From contig CAVXFZ010000021.1 of NCBI GenBank assembly GCA_963761175.1, forward strand, positions 198,622 to 262,621: a stretch of 64,000 nucleotides of DNA, in the 5' to 3' direction. The DNA comes from an uncultured Actinomycetes bacterium (lineage in GTDB: Bacteria; Actinomycetota; Acidimicrobiia; IMCC26256; PALSA-610). Positions 1 to 8,878 of the stretch are shown here, one piece after another. Numbering within the stretch: position 1 is the first letter of the stretch; each line of letters opens with the position of its first letter. The notes under the pieces were generated by a model that had not been told where the DNA came from, ran no database searches, and saw nothing but the letters and a program-made list of their open reading frames with translations. The position numbers were made by a program, and so were the translations under genes.

Positions 1-132
1 GCGTCATGGGATTGGTACGAGGGTGGCTACGAAGCGCGAGGCAACGACTTTCGAGCGGAGGTCACCCGTTTGATCGAGGACTCTCTTACCGAGCCCGCAC
101 CGGCCGGAACCGACACGAGGGGAACGCGCTGA
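1..132 (+). CDS. murD: UDP-N-acetylmuramoylalanine--D-glutamate ligase MurD, 3' end (partial, begins upstream of window)
   Basis: Frame 1 from the window edge reads ASWDWYEGGYEARGNDFRAEVTRLIEDSL...*, a typical MurD C-terminus. Stop TGA 130-132 overlaps the ftsW ATG (TGATG). Position upstream of ftsW as in dcw clusters. Confidence 0.7.
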   Translation, partial: ASWDWYEGGYEARGNDFRAEVTRLIEDSLTEPAPAGTDTRGTR

Positions 133-1325
133 TGGCGGTCGTTGCCGAGGCCATTCCGCAGCAACGCGGTCGCGACTTGCTCGCGGCAATTCGCGGGCGA
201 TTCGTGGCGAGCACCACGACTCTGTCGTGGGTGATCATCGCGCTCGTCGTGGTGCTGAACCTCGTGGGTCTCGTGATGATCCTGTCGGCGTCATCGGTCG
301 AAGCGCTCAACAGCTACGGATCCGCGTGGTACGTGTTCGAGCGGCAGTTCATCTGGGCCTTGATCGGCGCGGCCGCGTTCCTCGTCTCCGCGCGCGTCGA
401 CTACCGCGTCTGGCAGCGCCACTCACGACTGCTCCTCGCGCTTGCGTTCGTCGGTCTCGCGGTGGTCCTCGTTCCCGGGATCGGCCTCGAGGTCGACGGT
501 GCCCGCCGTTGGGTCGGAGTCGGTAGCGCGATCGGCTTCCAGCCCAGCGAGTTCGCCAAGGTGGCGTTGCTGATCTTCGCCGCCGACGTCTGCACGCGGC
601 GCGTCACCCGGATCGACGACGCGCGCGCGACGGTCGTTCCCGTCATCGGCGTGCTCGCGGTGTTCGCCACGCTCGTGATGAAGGAGCCCGACCTCGCGAC
701 GAGCATCGAGCTCGGGTTCATCGTGATCTCGGTGTTGATCGTCGCCGGCGTGCCGCGGCGCGTCCTCGGACGGGTGTTCGGCGGTGCTGCGCTGATCACG
801 CTCGTCCTCGCGTGGGCGGAGCCGTACCGGCGCCAGCGGATGCTGACGTTCTTGAATCCATGGCACGACACCAGTAACACCGGCTACCAGATCTCGCAGT
901 CGCTCATCGCGCTCGGCAGCGGTGGAGTCAGTGGCGTGGGCCTCGGCAACGGCCGGGCGAAGTGGCAGTTCCTGCCGGCCGCGCACACCGACTTCATCTT
1001 CGCCATCATCGGTGAGGAGCTCGGGCTCTTCGGCACGCTCATGATCGTCGGGCTCTTCGCGGTGTTCGCGGTGGTCGGGTACCGCGTCGCGATGCGCGCG
1101 CCCGACCGCTTCGGCTCGTTGCTCGCGGCCGGAGTCACGACGTGGGTGGTCGGTGCGGCCGCGCTCAACATCGGCATGGTCACGTCGGTGCTCCCCGTCT
1201 CGGGAGTGCCGCTGCCGTTCCTCTCGGCCGGAGGCTCCTCGCTCGTGATCCTCATGGTCGCGACCGGCATCCTCGTCAACGTCGCCGGCCGCTGTGAGCG
1301 GCGCAGCCCGGCTCGAACGACGTGA
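132..1325 (+). CDS. ftsW: SEDS-family cell division protein FtsW (peptidoglycan glycosyltransferase)
   Basis: ORF 6..1325, multi-TM, motifs GFQPSEFAKVALLIFAAD and SGVPLPFLSAGGSSL. Start placed at ATG 132 abutting the murD stop. dcw context. Confidence 0.9.
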   Translation: MAVVAEAIPQQRGRDLLAAIRGRFVASTTTLSWVIIALVVVLNLVGLVMILSASSVEALNSYGSAWYVFERQFIWALIGAAAFLVSARVDYRVWQRHSRLLLALAFVGLAVVLVPGIGLEVDGARRWVGVGSAIGFQPSEFAKVALLIFAADVCTRRVTRIDDARATVVPVIGVLAVFATLVMKEPDLATSIELGFIVISVLIVAGVPRRVLGRVFGGAALITLVLAWAEPYRRQRMLTFLNPWHDTSNTGYQISQSLIALGSGGVSGVGLGNGRAKWQFLPAAHTDFIFAIIGEELGLFGTLMIVGLFAVFAVVGYRVAMRAPDRFGSLLAAGVTTWVVGAAALNIGMVTSVLPVSGVPLPFLSAGGSSLVILMVATGILVNVAGRCERRSPARTT

Positions 1326-2428
1326 CCGCGGGCACCGGCGACGGAGCGCCGGTGTTCGCGCTGATCGGTGCGGGCGGCACCGGAGGCCACACCTACCCGG
1401 CGTTGGCGCTCGCCCGGGAGCTCGTCGCGCGCGGGCACGCGCCGAAGTCGATCCGATTCGTCGGCGGCAATCGCGGCCTCGAAGCGCGAGTCGTCCCCGC
1501 CGCCGGCTTCGCGATCGACCTGCTGCCGATCGGTCACGGCCTGCAGCGACGCTTCACGCTCGCCAACGCCAAGGTGCTCGCGGACGCGGCACGGGCCGGC
1601 TGGCACGCGTGGCGACTCGTGCGCCGGTATCGCCCTCGAGTCGTCGTCGGGTTCGGCGGGTACCCGTCGCTGCCGACGGTCGTCGCCGCTCGCCTGGCGC
1701 GTCTCCCGACCGTGATCCACGAGCAGGACGCGGCGCCCGGTCTCGCCAACCGCCTGTCGGTGCGTCTCGGCGCCGCGGCGGCCGTGTCCCTGCCCGACAC
1801 GCCCCTGCGCGGCGCGCGCCTGGTGGGCAATCCCGTCCGGCCCGAGATCGCGAGAGCGGCGCGTGCACCGGAGTCTCCGCCGTTGCTCGCGATCGTCGGT
1901 GGTTCGCTCGGTGCCGGCTCGCTCAATGCCGTCGGGCTCGAGCTCGCGGCCTGCTGGCGCGACCGTGACGATGTCGCGGTGCACCACGTCGCCGGAGTGC
2001 GCAATTTCGACGAGTGCGAACGGCGTCTGAAGGAGATCCGCCGGCCCGACGACCGCCTCTCGTACACACTCCACGCGTACGAAGATCACATCGACGAGCT
2101 TTACGCCCGCTGCGCGCTGGCCCTCTGCCGTTCGGGTTCGGGCGCAGTGGCGGAGCTCACGGCGATCGGTGTGCCGGCCGTGCTCGTGCCGCTTCCGGGC
2201 GCGCCCAGCGATCACCAGATGCGCAACGCGCGCACGCTCGAACGACACGGCGCGGCCATCGTCGTCGCCGACGCCGATTGCAACGCAAGAAGCCTCGATC
2301 CCATGCTCCGTTCTCTGCTGGCCGATCGCGCGCGACTCGACGAGATGAGCGCCGCCGGCCGAGCGATGGCGAGGCCCGACGCCGCCGCGCGTCTCGCCGA
2401 TCTCGTCGAGGAGCGGGCGAGTGGCTGA
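1322..2428 (+). CDS. murG: Undecaprenyl-PP-MurNAc-pentapeptide GlcNAc transferase MurG
   Basis: 368 aa, N-terminal GGTGGHTYPALALARELVARGH. GTGA overlap with the ftsW stop. dcw context. Confidence 0.95.
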   Translation: MTAGTGDGAPVFALIGAGGTGGHTYPALALARELVARGHAPKSIRFVGGNRGLEARVVPAAGFAIDLLPIGHGLQRRFTLANAKVLADAARAGWHAWRLVRRYRPRVVVGFGGYPSLPTVVAARLARLPTVIHEQDAAPGLANRLSVRLGAAAAVSLPDTPLRGARLVGNPVRPEIARAARAPESPPLLAIVGGSLGAGSLNAVGLELAACWRDRDDVAVHHVAGVRNFDECERRLKEIRRPDDRLSYTLHAYEDHIDELYARCALALCRSGSGAVAELTAIGVPAVLVPLPGAPSDHQMRNARTLERHGAAIVVADADCNARSLDPMLRSLLADRARLDEMSAAGRAMARPDAAARLADLVEERASG

Positions 2429-3827
2429 TGCACGCGAGCCCTTCGACCTCTCGGCGCGTCGCGTCGTGCACGTCGTCGCCGTCGGCGGCGCCGGCATGAG
2501 CGCGATCGCCCGCTATCTCGTCGGGCTCGGGCACGAAGTGTCGGGCTCCGACCAGCGCGACTCGAAGCTGTTGCACCAACTCGCCGCCGAAGGGATCACG
2601 ACCTTCGTCGGCCACGCCGCCCAGCAGATCCCTGCCGGCTGCGACGCCGTCGCCATCTCCACCGCGGTGCGCGAAACGAACCCCGAGGTGGTCGAGGCCC
2701 GCCGGCGAGGGATCCCGGTGCTGTCGCGTGCCGACATGCTGCGCTTGCTCGTCGCCACCTCTCCCCGCGCGATCGCCGTCTCGGGCACGCACGGCAAGAC
2801 GACCACGACGGGCATGGTCAGCACCGTGCTGCGGACCGCGGGATGGCATCCGAGCTTCATCGCCGGCGGTGTGGTGCAGGACCTCGGAACGAACGCGGCG
2901 CGCGACACGGGCGAGTGGATGGTCGTGGAGGCCGACGAGAGCGACGGGACGTTCCTCCGCCTGCCCCGTGACGCCGTCCTCGTGACCAACATCGAATCCG
3001 ACCATCTCGACCGGTGGGGAACCTTCCCGGCGCTCATCGCCGGGTTCGAGGAGTTCGTCGCCGCCGCGCCCGGCCCGCGCGTCGTCTGTGCCGACAACGC
3101 CGCCGCGGCGAGGCTCGCGGCGTCCGCCGGCGCGATCACCTACGGCTTCGATCCCGAAGCGAGTGTTCGTGCGAGCAACTACCGCCCGACGACGACCGGA
3201 TGCGCGTTCGATCTCGCGCGCGCCGGCGACACACTCGGTGTCGTCGACCTGCGCGTCCGCGGCCGGCACAACGCACTCAACGCGGCCGGGGCGGCGGCGC
3301 TCGCACTCGAGCTCGGCGTGCCGGTCGTCGACGTCATCGCCGGCCTCGCCGAGTTCCGCGGCATGGCCCGGCGCTTCCAGTACCGCAGTACGTGCAACGG
3401 CGCCGACTGCTACGACGACTACGCGCACACGGCCAGCGAGGTCGTCGCCACGCTCGCGTTGGCTCGCGAAGGCGGATGGCGCCGCGTGGTCGCGGTGTAC
3501 CAACCGCACCGTTACACGCGCATCGCGCGGCATCACCGCGAGTTCGGAGACGCGTTCGGAGACGCCGACGTCGTCATCGTCACCGGGCTCGACGGTGCAT
3601 CGGAAGATCCGATCCCTGGGGTGTCGGGGCGTCTCGTCGTCCACGCGATCCTCGACCGCCATCCGGCAACGCCGGTCGTGTACCTCCCCGAGTGGGACGC
3701 GTTGCGCGACATTCCGTGGCGTTTCGCTCGCCCCGGCGACGTGGTCGTCACGCTCGGCTGTGGCGACATCACGCGCGTGCACGACGACTGGATCGCCGAG
3801 GCCGGGCGCAGGGAGGCGGCCGCATGA
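2421..3827 (+). CDS. murC: UDP-N-acetylmuramate--L-alanine ligase MurC
   Basis: 468 aa, VGGAGMSAIARYLVGLGHEVSGSD and GTHGKTTTTGM (Mur ligase P-loop). 8-nt overlap with murG. Confidence 0.95.
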   Translation: MADAREPFDLSARRVVHVVAVGGAGMSAIARYLVGLGHEVSGSDQRDSKLLHQLAAEGITTFVGHAAQQIPAGCDAVAISTAVRETNPEVVEARRRGIPVLSRADMLRLLVATSPRAIAVSGTHGKTTTTGMVSTVLRTAGWHPSFIAGGVVQDLGTNAARDTGEWMVVEADESDGTFLRLPRDAVLVTNIESDHLDRWGTFPALIAGFEEFVAAAPGPRVVCADNAAAARLAASAGAITYGFDPEASVRASNYRPTTTGCAFDLARAGDTLGVVDLRVRGRHNALNAAGAAALALELGVPVVDVIAGLAEFRGMARRFQYRSTCNGADCYDDYAHTASEVVATLALAREGGWRRVVAVYQPHRYTRIARHHREFGDAFGDADVVIVTGLDGASEDPIPGVSGRLVVHAILDRHPATPVVYLPEWDALRDIPWRFARPGDVVVTLGCGDITRVHDDWIAEAGRREAAA

Positions 3828-4774
3828 GCGACGCCCTCGACTCCGTGGCAACCGAGCTCGCCGAGCGCCTGCCCGGGCGCGTCGAGCGCGCGGTCGCGAG
3901 CGGTCGCTACACGACCTACCGCGTCGGTGGTCCGTTCGCGGTGCTCGTGCACGCCGCCGACGATGCCGCGCTCGACGCGACGGCCTCGGTGCTCGGACGC
4001 GCGACGGTCCCGGTGCTCGTGCTCGGGCGCGGTTCGAATCTGCTCGTTGCCGATGCCGGCTTCGCAGGCGTCGCGCTCGTGCTCGGCCGCGGCTTCGAGG
4101 CGATTGCCGTCGACGCTCCGGGCGCCATCGTGCGGGCCGGGGGAGTGGCAGCCTTGCCGGTCCTCGCGCGTCAGGCCGCGGCGGCCGGCGTCGGCGGTCT
4201 CGAGTTCTACGTCGGCATCCCGGGCACGGTCGGCGGCGGCGTGCGGATGAATGCCGGGGGTCACGGCCGCGAGACGAAGGATGCGCTCGTCGATGCCGAC
4301 CTGTACGACCTCCGGTCCGGAACCCGCGAGACGCGAGCGGCCGACGCGTTCGACTTCGCCTACCGGCGCTCGAACGTGACCGAGACGACCGTCGTGACCG
4401 CGGCGCGCTTCGCCGGCGTACCCGACGATCCCGAGGTGTGCGGCGCGCGGATCGAAGAGATCGTGCGCTGGCGTCGCGAGCACCAGCCCGGAGGCGCCAA
4501 CGCGGGATCGGTCTTCTCGAACCCTGTGGGCGACAGCGCGGGCCGGCTGATCGACGCCGCCGGCCTGAAGGGCCTACGCGTCGGTGGCGCCACGGTCAGC
4601 GAGAAGCACGCCAACTTCATCGTGGCGGATGTGTCCGCGACCGCCGCCGACGTCCGGACCCTGCTCGATGCGGTCCGCCGTCGCGTCGCCGACACGACCG
4701 GCGTCGTGCTCCAACCCGAAGTCCGGCTCGTCGGTTTCGACGAGACCGCGTTCGCCGATTCCGGAGGTGCGTGA
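3824..4774 (+). CDS. murB: UDP-N-acetylenolpyruvoylglucosamine reductase MurB
   Basis: In-frame ATG 3824 inside ORF 3014..4774 (ATGA overlap with the murC stop). YTTYRVGGPFAVLV and VLGRGSNLLVAD FAD-binding motifs. The upstream part of the ORF is Arg-rich out-of-frame noise. Confidence 0.9.
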   Translation: MSDALDSVATELAERLPGRVERAVASGRYTTYRVGGPFAVLVHAADDAALDATASVLGRATVPVLVLGRGSNLLVADAGFAGVALVLGRGFEAIAVDAPGAIVRAGGVAALPVLARQAAAAGVGGLEFYVGIPGTVGGGVRMNAGGHGRETKDALVDADLYDLRSGTRETRAADAFDFAYRRSNVTETTVVTAARFAGVPDDPEVCGARIEEIVRWRREHQPGGANAGSVFSNPVGDSAGRLIDAAGLKGLRVGGATVSEKHANFIVADVSATAADVRTLLDAVRRRVADTTGVVLQPEVRLVGFDETAFADSGGA

Positions 4775-5754
4775 TGTGCCCCCCTGACGATCCCCGTCGC
4801 GGCACCACCGTCGAGGTGGTCGACCCCGAACGCGAGACCGACGACGCCGGCGCGCGGGTGGCGACCGCGCCGGATGTCGAGGTCGATATCGATCTCGGCG
4901 CTCTCGAACGCGGCGCTCTCGAACGCGCCGCTCTCGAACGCGCCGCTCTCGAACGCGCCGCGTCGGAGGTCCGGTCCGCGGCTCCTCCAGTCGACCCGCG
5001 GATCGAGGCGCGCCGGATCGCAGTGGAGCAGGAGCAGGGGCGCCAGCGTCTGCGGCTTCTCGTCCTGGCCCTCGGCGCATTCGTCGTGCTCGGTTCCCTG
5101 TGGCTGCTCGTGCAGTCGCCGTTGCTCGATGTCGACCGCGTCGTGGTCACCGGTGTGCCGTCGGGGAGGGTCGCGGCCGTCGCCGCCGCGAGCGGTGTGC
5201 ACCGGCACGATCCGATCCTGTTCGTGTCGAGCGGTTCGGTCGCCCGCCGGATCGAGCACGGGGTCCCGGGGATCGGATCGGTCGTCGTGACCCGGCAGTT
5301 CCCGGGCACGGTTCGTATCGCCGTGCACGAGCAGGGTGTCGCGTTGTACGTGCGCACGACGGCTGGTGTCGCGCTGGTCAGCCACGACGGTCGCGTGACC
5401 GGACACGCGGACACTCCGCCGGTGGGTGTGCCGGAGTTGATCGGCGCGGGGCGGCATCCGGTGGTCGGCCGTCACGTCGGCCCGGCCGGCGTCGCCGAGG
5501 TGATGGAGGAGTTGCCGCCCGCGTTGCGCGCGCGCGTCGGCGCGATCAACGTCGCGACGGCCGGCCACGTTCGGCTCTATCTCGTCGGCGCCGGCGAGGT
5601 GCGGCTCGGCGACCTCGAGGACGTCCACGACAAGGGCGCCGCGGCCGAAGCAGTCATCGAGAGCTTCCCGCCCGGTTGCCAGTGGGCCTACATCGATGTC
5701 GAGGCCCGCTCGGCACCCGTTGCCAAACCCGGTCCCGGCTGCGCGTCGTCGTAG
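4774..5754 (+). CDS. ftsQ: Cell division protein FtsQ (POTRA domain), with pentapeptide repeat in the N-terminal tail
   Basis: ATG 4774 overlaps the murB TGA (TGATG). Single TM (LRLLVLALGAFVVLGSLWLLV) followed by a POTRA-like LLDVDRVVVTGV... segment. Sits directly before ftsZ. Confidence 0.8.
   Translation: MCPPDDPRRGTTVEVVDPERETDDAGARVATAPDVEVDIDLGALERGALERAALERAALERAASEVRSAAPPVDPRIEARRIAVEQEQGRQRLRLLVLALGAFVVLGSLWLLVQSPLLDVDRVVVTGVPSGRVAAVAAASGVHRHDPILFVSSGSVARRIEHGVPGIGSVVVTRQFPGTVRIAVHEQGVALYVRTTAGVALVSHDGRVTGHADTPPVGVPELIGAGRHPVVGRHVGPAGVAEVMEELPPALRARVGAINVATAGHVRLYLVGAGEVRLGDLEDVHDKGAAAEAVIESFPPGCQWAYIDVEARSAPVAKPGPGCASS
4897..4956 (+). repeat. 4 x 15-bp perfect or near-perfect tandem repeat inside ftsQ encoding (G/A)ALER x4
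   Basis: ggcgctctcgaacgc / ggcgctctcgaacgc / gccgctctcgaacgc / gccgctctcgaacgc read directly. Translates to LERGALERAALERAALERAA. Confidence 0.9.
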
Positions 5755-5768
5755 CCGGGACCGCCGGC

Positions 5769-6013
5769 GGCGAGCGTTTGCGGTGGCGGTATCCGCCACC
5801 GCCGCGAGTGCGACGGGCAGGTGTGTGAGCCACAGGTGCGCGTGCGTTCCCATCCCGCGTGTGGAGCGGCGAGCGTTTGCGGTGGCGGTATCCGCCACCG
5901 CCGCGAGTGCGACCGGCAGGTGTGTGAGCCACAGGTGCGCGTGCGTTCCCATCCCGCGTGTGGAGCGGCGAGCGTTTGCGGTGGCGGTATCCGCCACCGC
6001 CGCGAGTGCGACC
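5769..6013. repeat. 99-bp tandem repeat, about 2.5 copies, each copy carrying the hairpin GCGGTGGCGG-TAT-CCGCCACCGC
   Basis: Copies start at 5769, 5868 and 5967 (period 99). They are identical except one C/G difference (gcgacGggcag vs gcgacCggcag). Located 15 bp after the ftsQ stop, in the ftsQ-ftsZ intergenic region. Confidence 0.9.
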
Positions 6014-6025
6014 AATGAGATCGCG

Positions 6026-6054
6026 TTGACCCGGCTGCCGCGCTCCGGTAGAGT
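6026..6054 (+). promoter_or_regulatory. Candidate sigma-A promoter for ftsZ: TTGACC-17 nt-TAGAGT
   Basis: -35 TTGACC 6026-6031, 17-nt spacer, -10 TAGAGT 6049-6054, 86 nt before ftsZ ATG 6141. The predicted 5'UTR contains the hairpin AGGTTGA(6070-6076)/TCAACCT(6085-6091). Confidence 0.4.
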
Positions 6055-6140
6055 CTCGACCCGCAGAACAGGTTGACATAAGTCTCAACCTGAAGTCAAG
6101 GTCGAGGGTCGCCCGCTCGCCTGAGACCGGAAGGGTCGCC

Positions 6141-7211
6141 ATGCTCGGGAATCCGCAGAACTACCTCGCGGTGATCAAGGTGGTGGGAGTCGGGGGCGGT
6201 GGCTGCAACGCGGTCAACCGCATGATCGACGCCGGGTTGAAGGGCGTCGAGTTCATCGCGGTGAACACCGATGCCCAGTCGTTGCTCCTGTCGGACGCCG
6301 ACGTGAAGCTCGACATCGGCCGCCAACTCACGCGCGGTCTCGGTGCGGGCTCCGACCCCGAGGTCGGCCAACAGGCCGCCGACGAGCACCGCGACGAGAT
6401 CGAAGAGGTGCTCAAGGGTTCCGACATGGTCTTCATCACCGCCGGCAAGGGCGGCGGTACCGGGACCGGCGGCGCCCCCGTCGTGGCCGAGATCGCGAAG
6501 AACCTCGGCGCGCTCACGATCGGTGTCGTCACCCGTCCCTTCGGGTTCGAGGGCCGGCGGCGCTCGGTCCAGGCGGAGTCGGGCATCCAGAAGCTGCGCG
6601 AGAAGGTCGACACGATCATCGTCATCCCGAACGAGCGCCTGCTCCAGGTGTCCGACGAGAAGACGTCGATGCTGAACGCGTTCAAGATGGCCGACGAGAT
6701 CCTCCTGCAAGGTGTGCAGGGCATCACGGACCTCATCACGACGCCCGGTCTCATCAACACCGACTTCGCCGACGTGAAGATGATCCTCACCAACGCGGGA
6801 TCTGCGCTCATGGGCGTCGGCTACGCGTCGGGCGACGGCCGCGCGGTGGCCGCGGCTCGGAGCGCGATCTCGAGCCCGCTGCTCGAGGCCAGCATCGACG
6901 GCGCGCGGGGCATCCTGCTCAACGTGAGCGGTCCCTCCGACCTCGGCCTCTTCGAGCTGAACGAGGCCGCCGAGATCGTCGCCCAGTCGGCGCACCCCGA
7001 CGCGAACATCATCTTCGGTGCGGTCATCGACGACTCGCTCGGCGACGAAGTGCGCATCACGGTGATCGCCGCCGGCTTCGATCGCTTCGAGGGTGAGCAC
7101 CGTCCCAGCCGTTCGACGAGCGAGCTCGGGCTGCGCGACGACGAGACGTTGGTCGGACCCGAGCTCAGCCTCGGCGACGACGACTTCGACGTGCCGGAGT
7201 TCCTGCGCTGA
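6141..7211 (+). CDS. ftsZ: Cell division GTPase FtsZ
   Basis: 356 aa, [14 protein letters not shown] and tubulin signature [23 protein letters not shown] 6129-6135. Confidence 0.97.
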   Translation: MLGNPQNYLAVIKVVGVGGGGCNAVNRMIDAGLKGVEFIAVNTDAQSLLLSDADVKLDIGRQLTRGLGAGSDPEVGQQAADEHRDEIEEVLKGSDMVFITAGKGGGTGTGGAPVVAEIAKNLGALTIGVVTRPFGFEGRRRSVQAESGIQKLREKVDTIIVIPNERLLQVSDEKTSMLNAFKMADEILLQGVQGITDLITTPGLINTDFADVKMILTNAGSALMGVGYASGDGRAVAAARSAISSPLLEASIDGARGILLNVSGPSDLGLFELNEAAEIVAQSAHPDANIIFGAVIDDSLGDEVRITVIAAGFDRFEGEHRPSRSTSELGLRDDETLVGPELSLGDDDFDVPEFLR

Positions 7212-7229
7212 CGCGATCCGCGCGCCGCG

Positions 7230-7267
7230 CGTTCATGTCGCCGCGTGGAACACGCGCGACATGAACG
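7230..7267 (+). promoter_or_regulatory. Strong stem-loop (12 bp + 1-nt bulge + 5 bp, GAA loop) between ftsZ and yggS, enclosing the yggS ATG
   Basis: 7230-7241 pairs with 7256-7267 and 7243-7247 pairs with 7251-7255. All are Watson-Crick pairs, checked base by base. The 3' arm contains ATG 7261-7263. Confidence 0.6.
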
Positions 7268-7935
7268 ATTCGGTCGCCGAGCGGCTCGCCGACGTTCGCG
7301 CGCGGATCGAGCGAGCGGCCCGCGACGCGAGCCGCGATCCGGCGTCGGTCGAGCTCGTCGTCGTCTCGAAGACGGTTGCCTCCGAACGCGTCCGCGACGC
7401 GCTCGCAGCCGGCGTCACGGATCTCGGCGAGAACCGCGCGCAGGAGCTCGTCGGAAAGGCGAGCGAGCTCGACGACGTCGTCCCACCGCCGCGCTGGCAC
7501 TTCATCGGCCGGCTCCAGCGCAACAAGGTGCGGATGCTCGCGCCGCGCGTCTCGCTGTGGCACTCGATCGATCGCGAGGAGCTCTGCGAACCGCTCGCTC
7601 GTCACGCTCCGGGCGCACGTGTGCTCGTGGAGGTGAACGTGTCGGGCGAAGCGCAGAAGGGTGGCTGCGCGCCGGCGGCCACCGCCGCCCTCGTGGATCG
7701 GCTCGCGGGATCCGGGCTCGCCGTCGAGGGGCTGATGACCGTGCCCGCCCTCGCCGACGACCCGCGCCCGGCGTTCGCCGCGCTGCGCGAGCTGGCGGCA
7801 CGCCTCGGCCTGCCCCGGCTCTCGATGGGAATGACGGGCGATTTCGAGGCCGCCATCGCCGAGGGCGCGACCATCGTGCGGATCGGTTCCGCGGTGTTCG
7901 GTCCGCGCCCGGAGGCGCCGGGTCTGCGACGATAG
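7261..7935 (+). CDS. yggS: PLP homeostasis protein YggS/YlmE family
   Basis: In-frame ATG 7261 in ORF 7093..7935. VELVVVSKTV (PLP lysine) and LGENRAQEL motifs. Conserved position after ftsZ. Confidence 0.9.
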   Translation: MNDSVAERLADVRARIERAARDASRDPASVELVVVSKTVASERVRDALAAGVTDLGENRAQELVGKASELDDVVPPPRWHFIGRLQRNKVRMLAPRVSLWHSIDREELCEPLARHAPGARVLVEVNVSGEAQKGGCAPAATAALVDRLAGSGLAVEGLMTVPALADDPRPAFAALRELAARLGLPRLSMGMTGDFEAAIAEGATIVRIGSAVFGPRPEAPGLRR

Positions 7936-7955
7936 GCTGGCGCAAGGAGGGTCGC

Positions 7956-8498
7956 ATGGCGTCATTCCGCAAGGCTCTGGAGTACCTCGGGCTCGTCGAC
8001 GCCGACGACGAGTACGCCGACGAGTACTACGACGAGGACGACGGCTACGTCGACGAGGAGCCGGCCCCCGTCGGGGCGCGCTCGCGGGCCCAGCAGGTTC
8101 ACGTACCGGCGCACGCGCCCGAACCGATCGGACCCGTGACCGTCGTACGCCCGATCCCCCGGGAGTCGACGCCGGTCGAGCCCGCACCGATGAGCCGCCC
8201 GGCGGTCGTGCGCACGCTCGGGGCCGCGAAGGTCCACGTCATGGACCCTGAGGGCTTCAACGACGCACAGGAAGTCGGCGACCGCCTGAAGTCCGGCCAG
8301 CCGGTGATCCTCAACCTCCAGGGCGTCGACCGCGATCTACAGCGCCGGCTCATCGACTTCGCGAGTGGCCTCTGCTACGCGCTCGGCGGGACCATGGCGA
8401 AGGCGGCCGAGCACGTGTTCCTGCTCACTCCGTCCGACGTCGAAGTGTCGCAGGAAGAGAAGGACCGATTGCAGGCCCGCGGCCTGTACCGGTCCTGA
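7956..8498 (+). CDS. sepF: Cell division protein SepF
   Basis: ATG 7956 preceded by AAGGAGG (7944-7950). MASFRKALEYLGLVD..., acidic linker, C-terminal VILNLQGVDRDLQRRLIDFASGLCYALGG core. Confidence 0.9.
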   Translation: MASFRKALEYLGLVDADDEYADEYYDEDDGYVDEEPAPVGARSRAQQVHVPAHAPEPIGPVTVVRPIPRESTPVEPAPMSRPAVVRTLGAAKVHVMDPEGFNDAQEVGDRLKSGQPVILNLQGVDRDLQRRLIDFASGLCYALGGTMAKAAEHVFLLTPSDVEVSQEEKDRLQARGLYRS

Positions 8499-8528
8499 TC
8501 AGAACCGCTCCCGGATCCAGGGGAACCC

Positions 8529-8774
8529 GTGCACATCCTGCACGTCTTGATCTTGGTGTACCTCGTCGTGCTCGCGCTGCGCGCGATCACGTCCTGGTTC
8601 CCGCCCCCACGTTCCGGGACCCCCTCCGCCCAGCTGCAGCAGGTGCTCCGCGACGCGACCGAGCCGCTCCTCATGCCGCTGCGGCGGGTCATTCCGCCTG
8701 CGGGAATGTTCGACCTTTCCTTCATGGTGCTGTTCTTCATCATGCTGATCCTCTACGGGCTCACCGGGCCGTAG
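8529..8774 (+). CDS. yggT: YggT family membrane protein
   Basis: 81 aa, two TM segments, ...LRAITSWFPP...LLMPLRRVIPPAGMFDLS. GTG start. Conserved position between sepF and divIVA. Confidence 0.8.
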   Translation: MHILHVLILVYLVVLALRAITSWFPPPRSGTPSAQLQQVLRDATEPLLMPLRRVIPPAGMFDLSFMVLFFIMLILYGLTGP

Positions 8775-8878
8775 CCGCTTCGCGACCTCGCGCGTGACGC
8801 GGTCGTATCGGCACGTCGAGCGGGCCGGGCAGAAGGTCACGCAGCGAGCGGAACCACCACCTGGCGCGCTGTAATCGT

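Noticed and set aside
884-2497. 537-aa minus-strand ORF over ftsW/murG, and similar long ORFs at 2157..3851, 4360..6015, 25949..28096, 37039..38895 and 46063..48156
   Set aside because: All are antisense to, or frame-shifted from, well-supported conserved genes and have the typical Arg/Pro/Gly-rich out-of-frame composition.
5769-6013. CRISPR array?
   Set aside because: The units are contiguous with no unique spacers. The unit length (99 bp) is far outside CRISPR repeat sizes. No cas genes are present.
5696-6076. 126-aa ORF (and 5821..6018) running through the 99-bp tandem repeat, giving a 33-aa protein repeat
   Set aside because: The repeat period happens to be a multiple of 3. However, the frame starts inside ftsQ, has no RBS, and has poor codon bias and a Cys/Arg/Ala-rich composition. 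The hairpin content argues for a nucleic-acid-level element.
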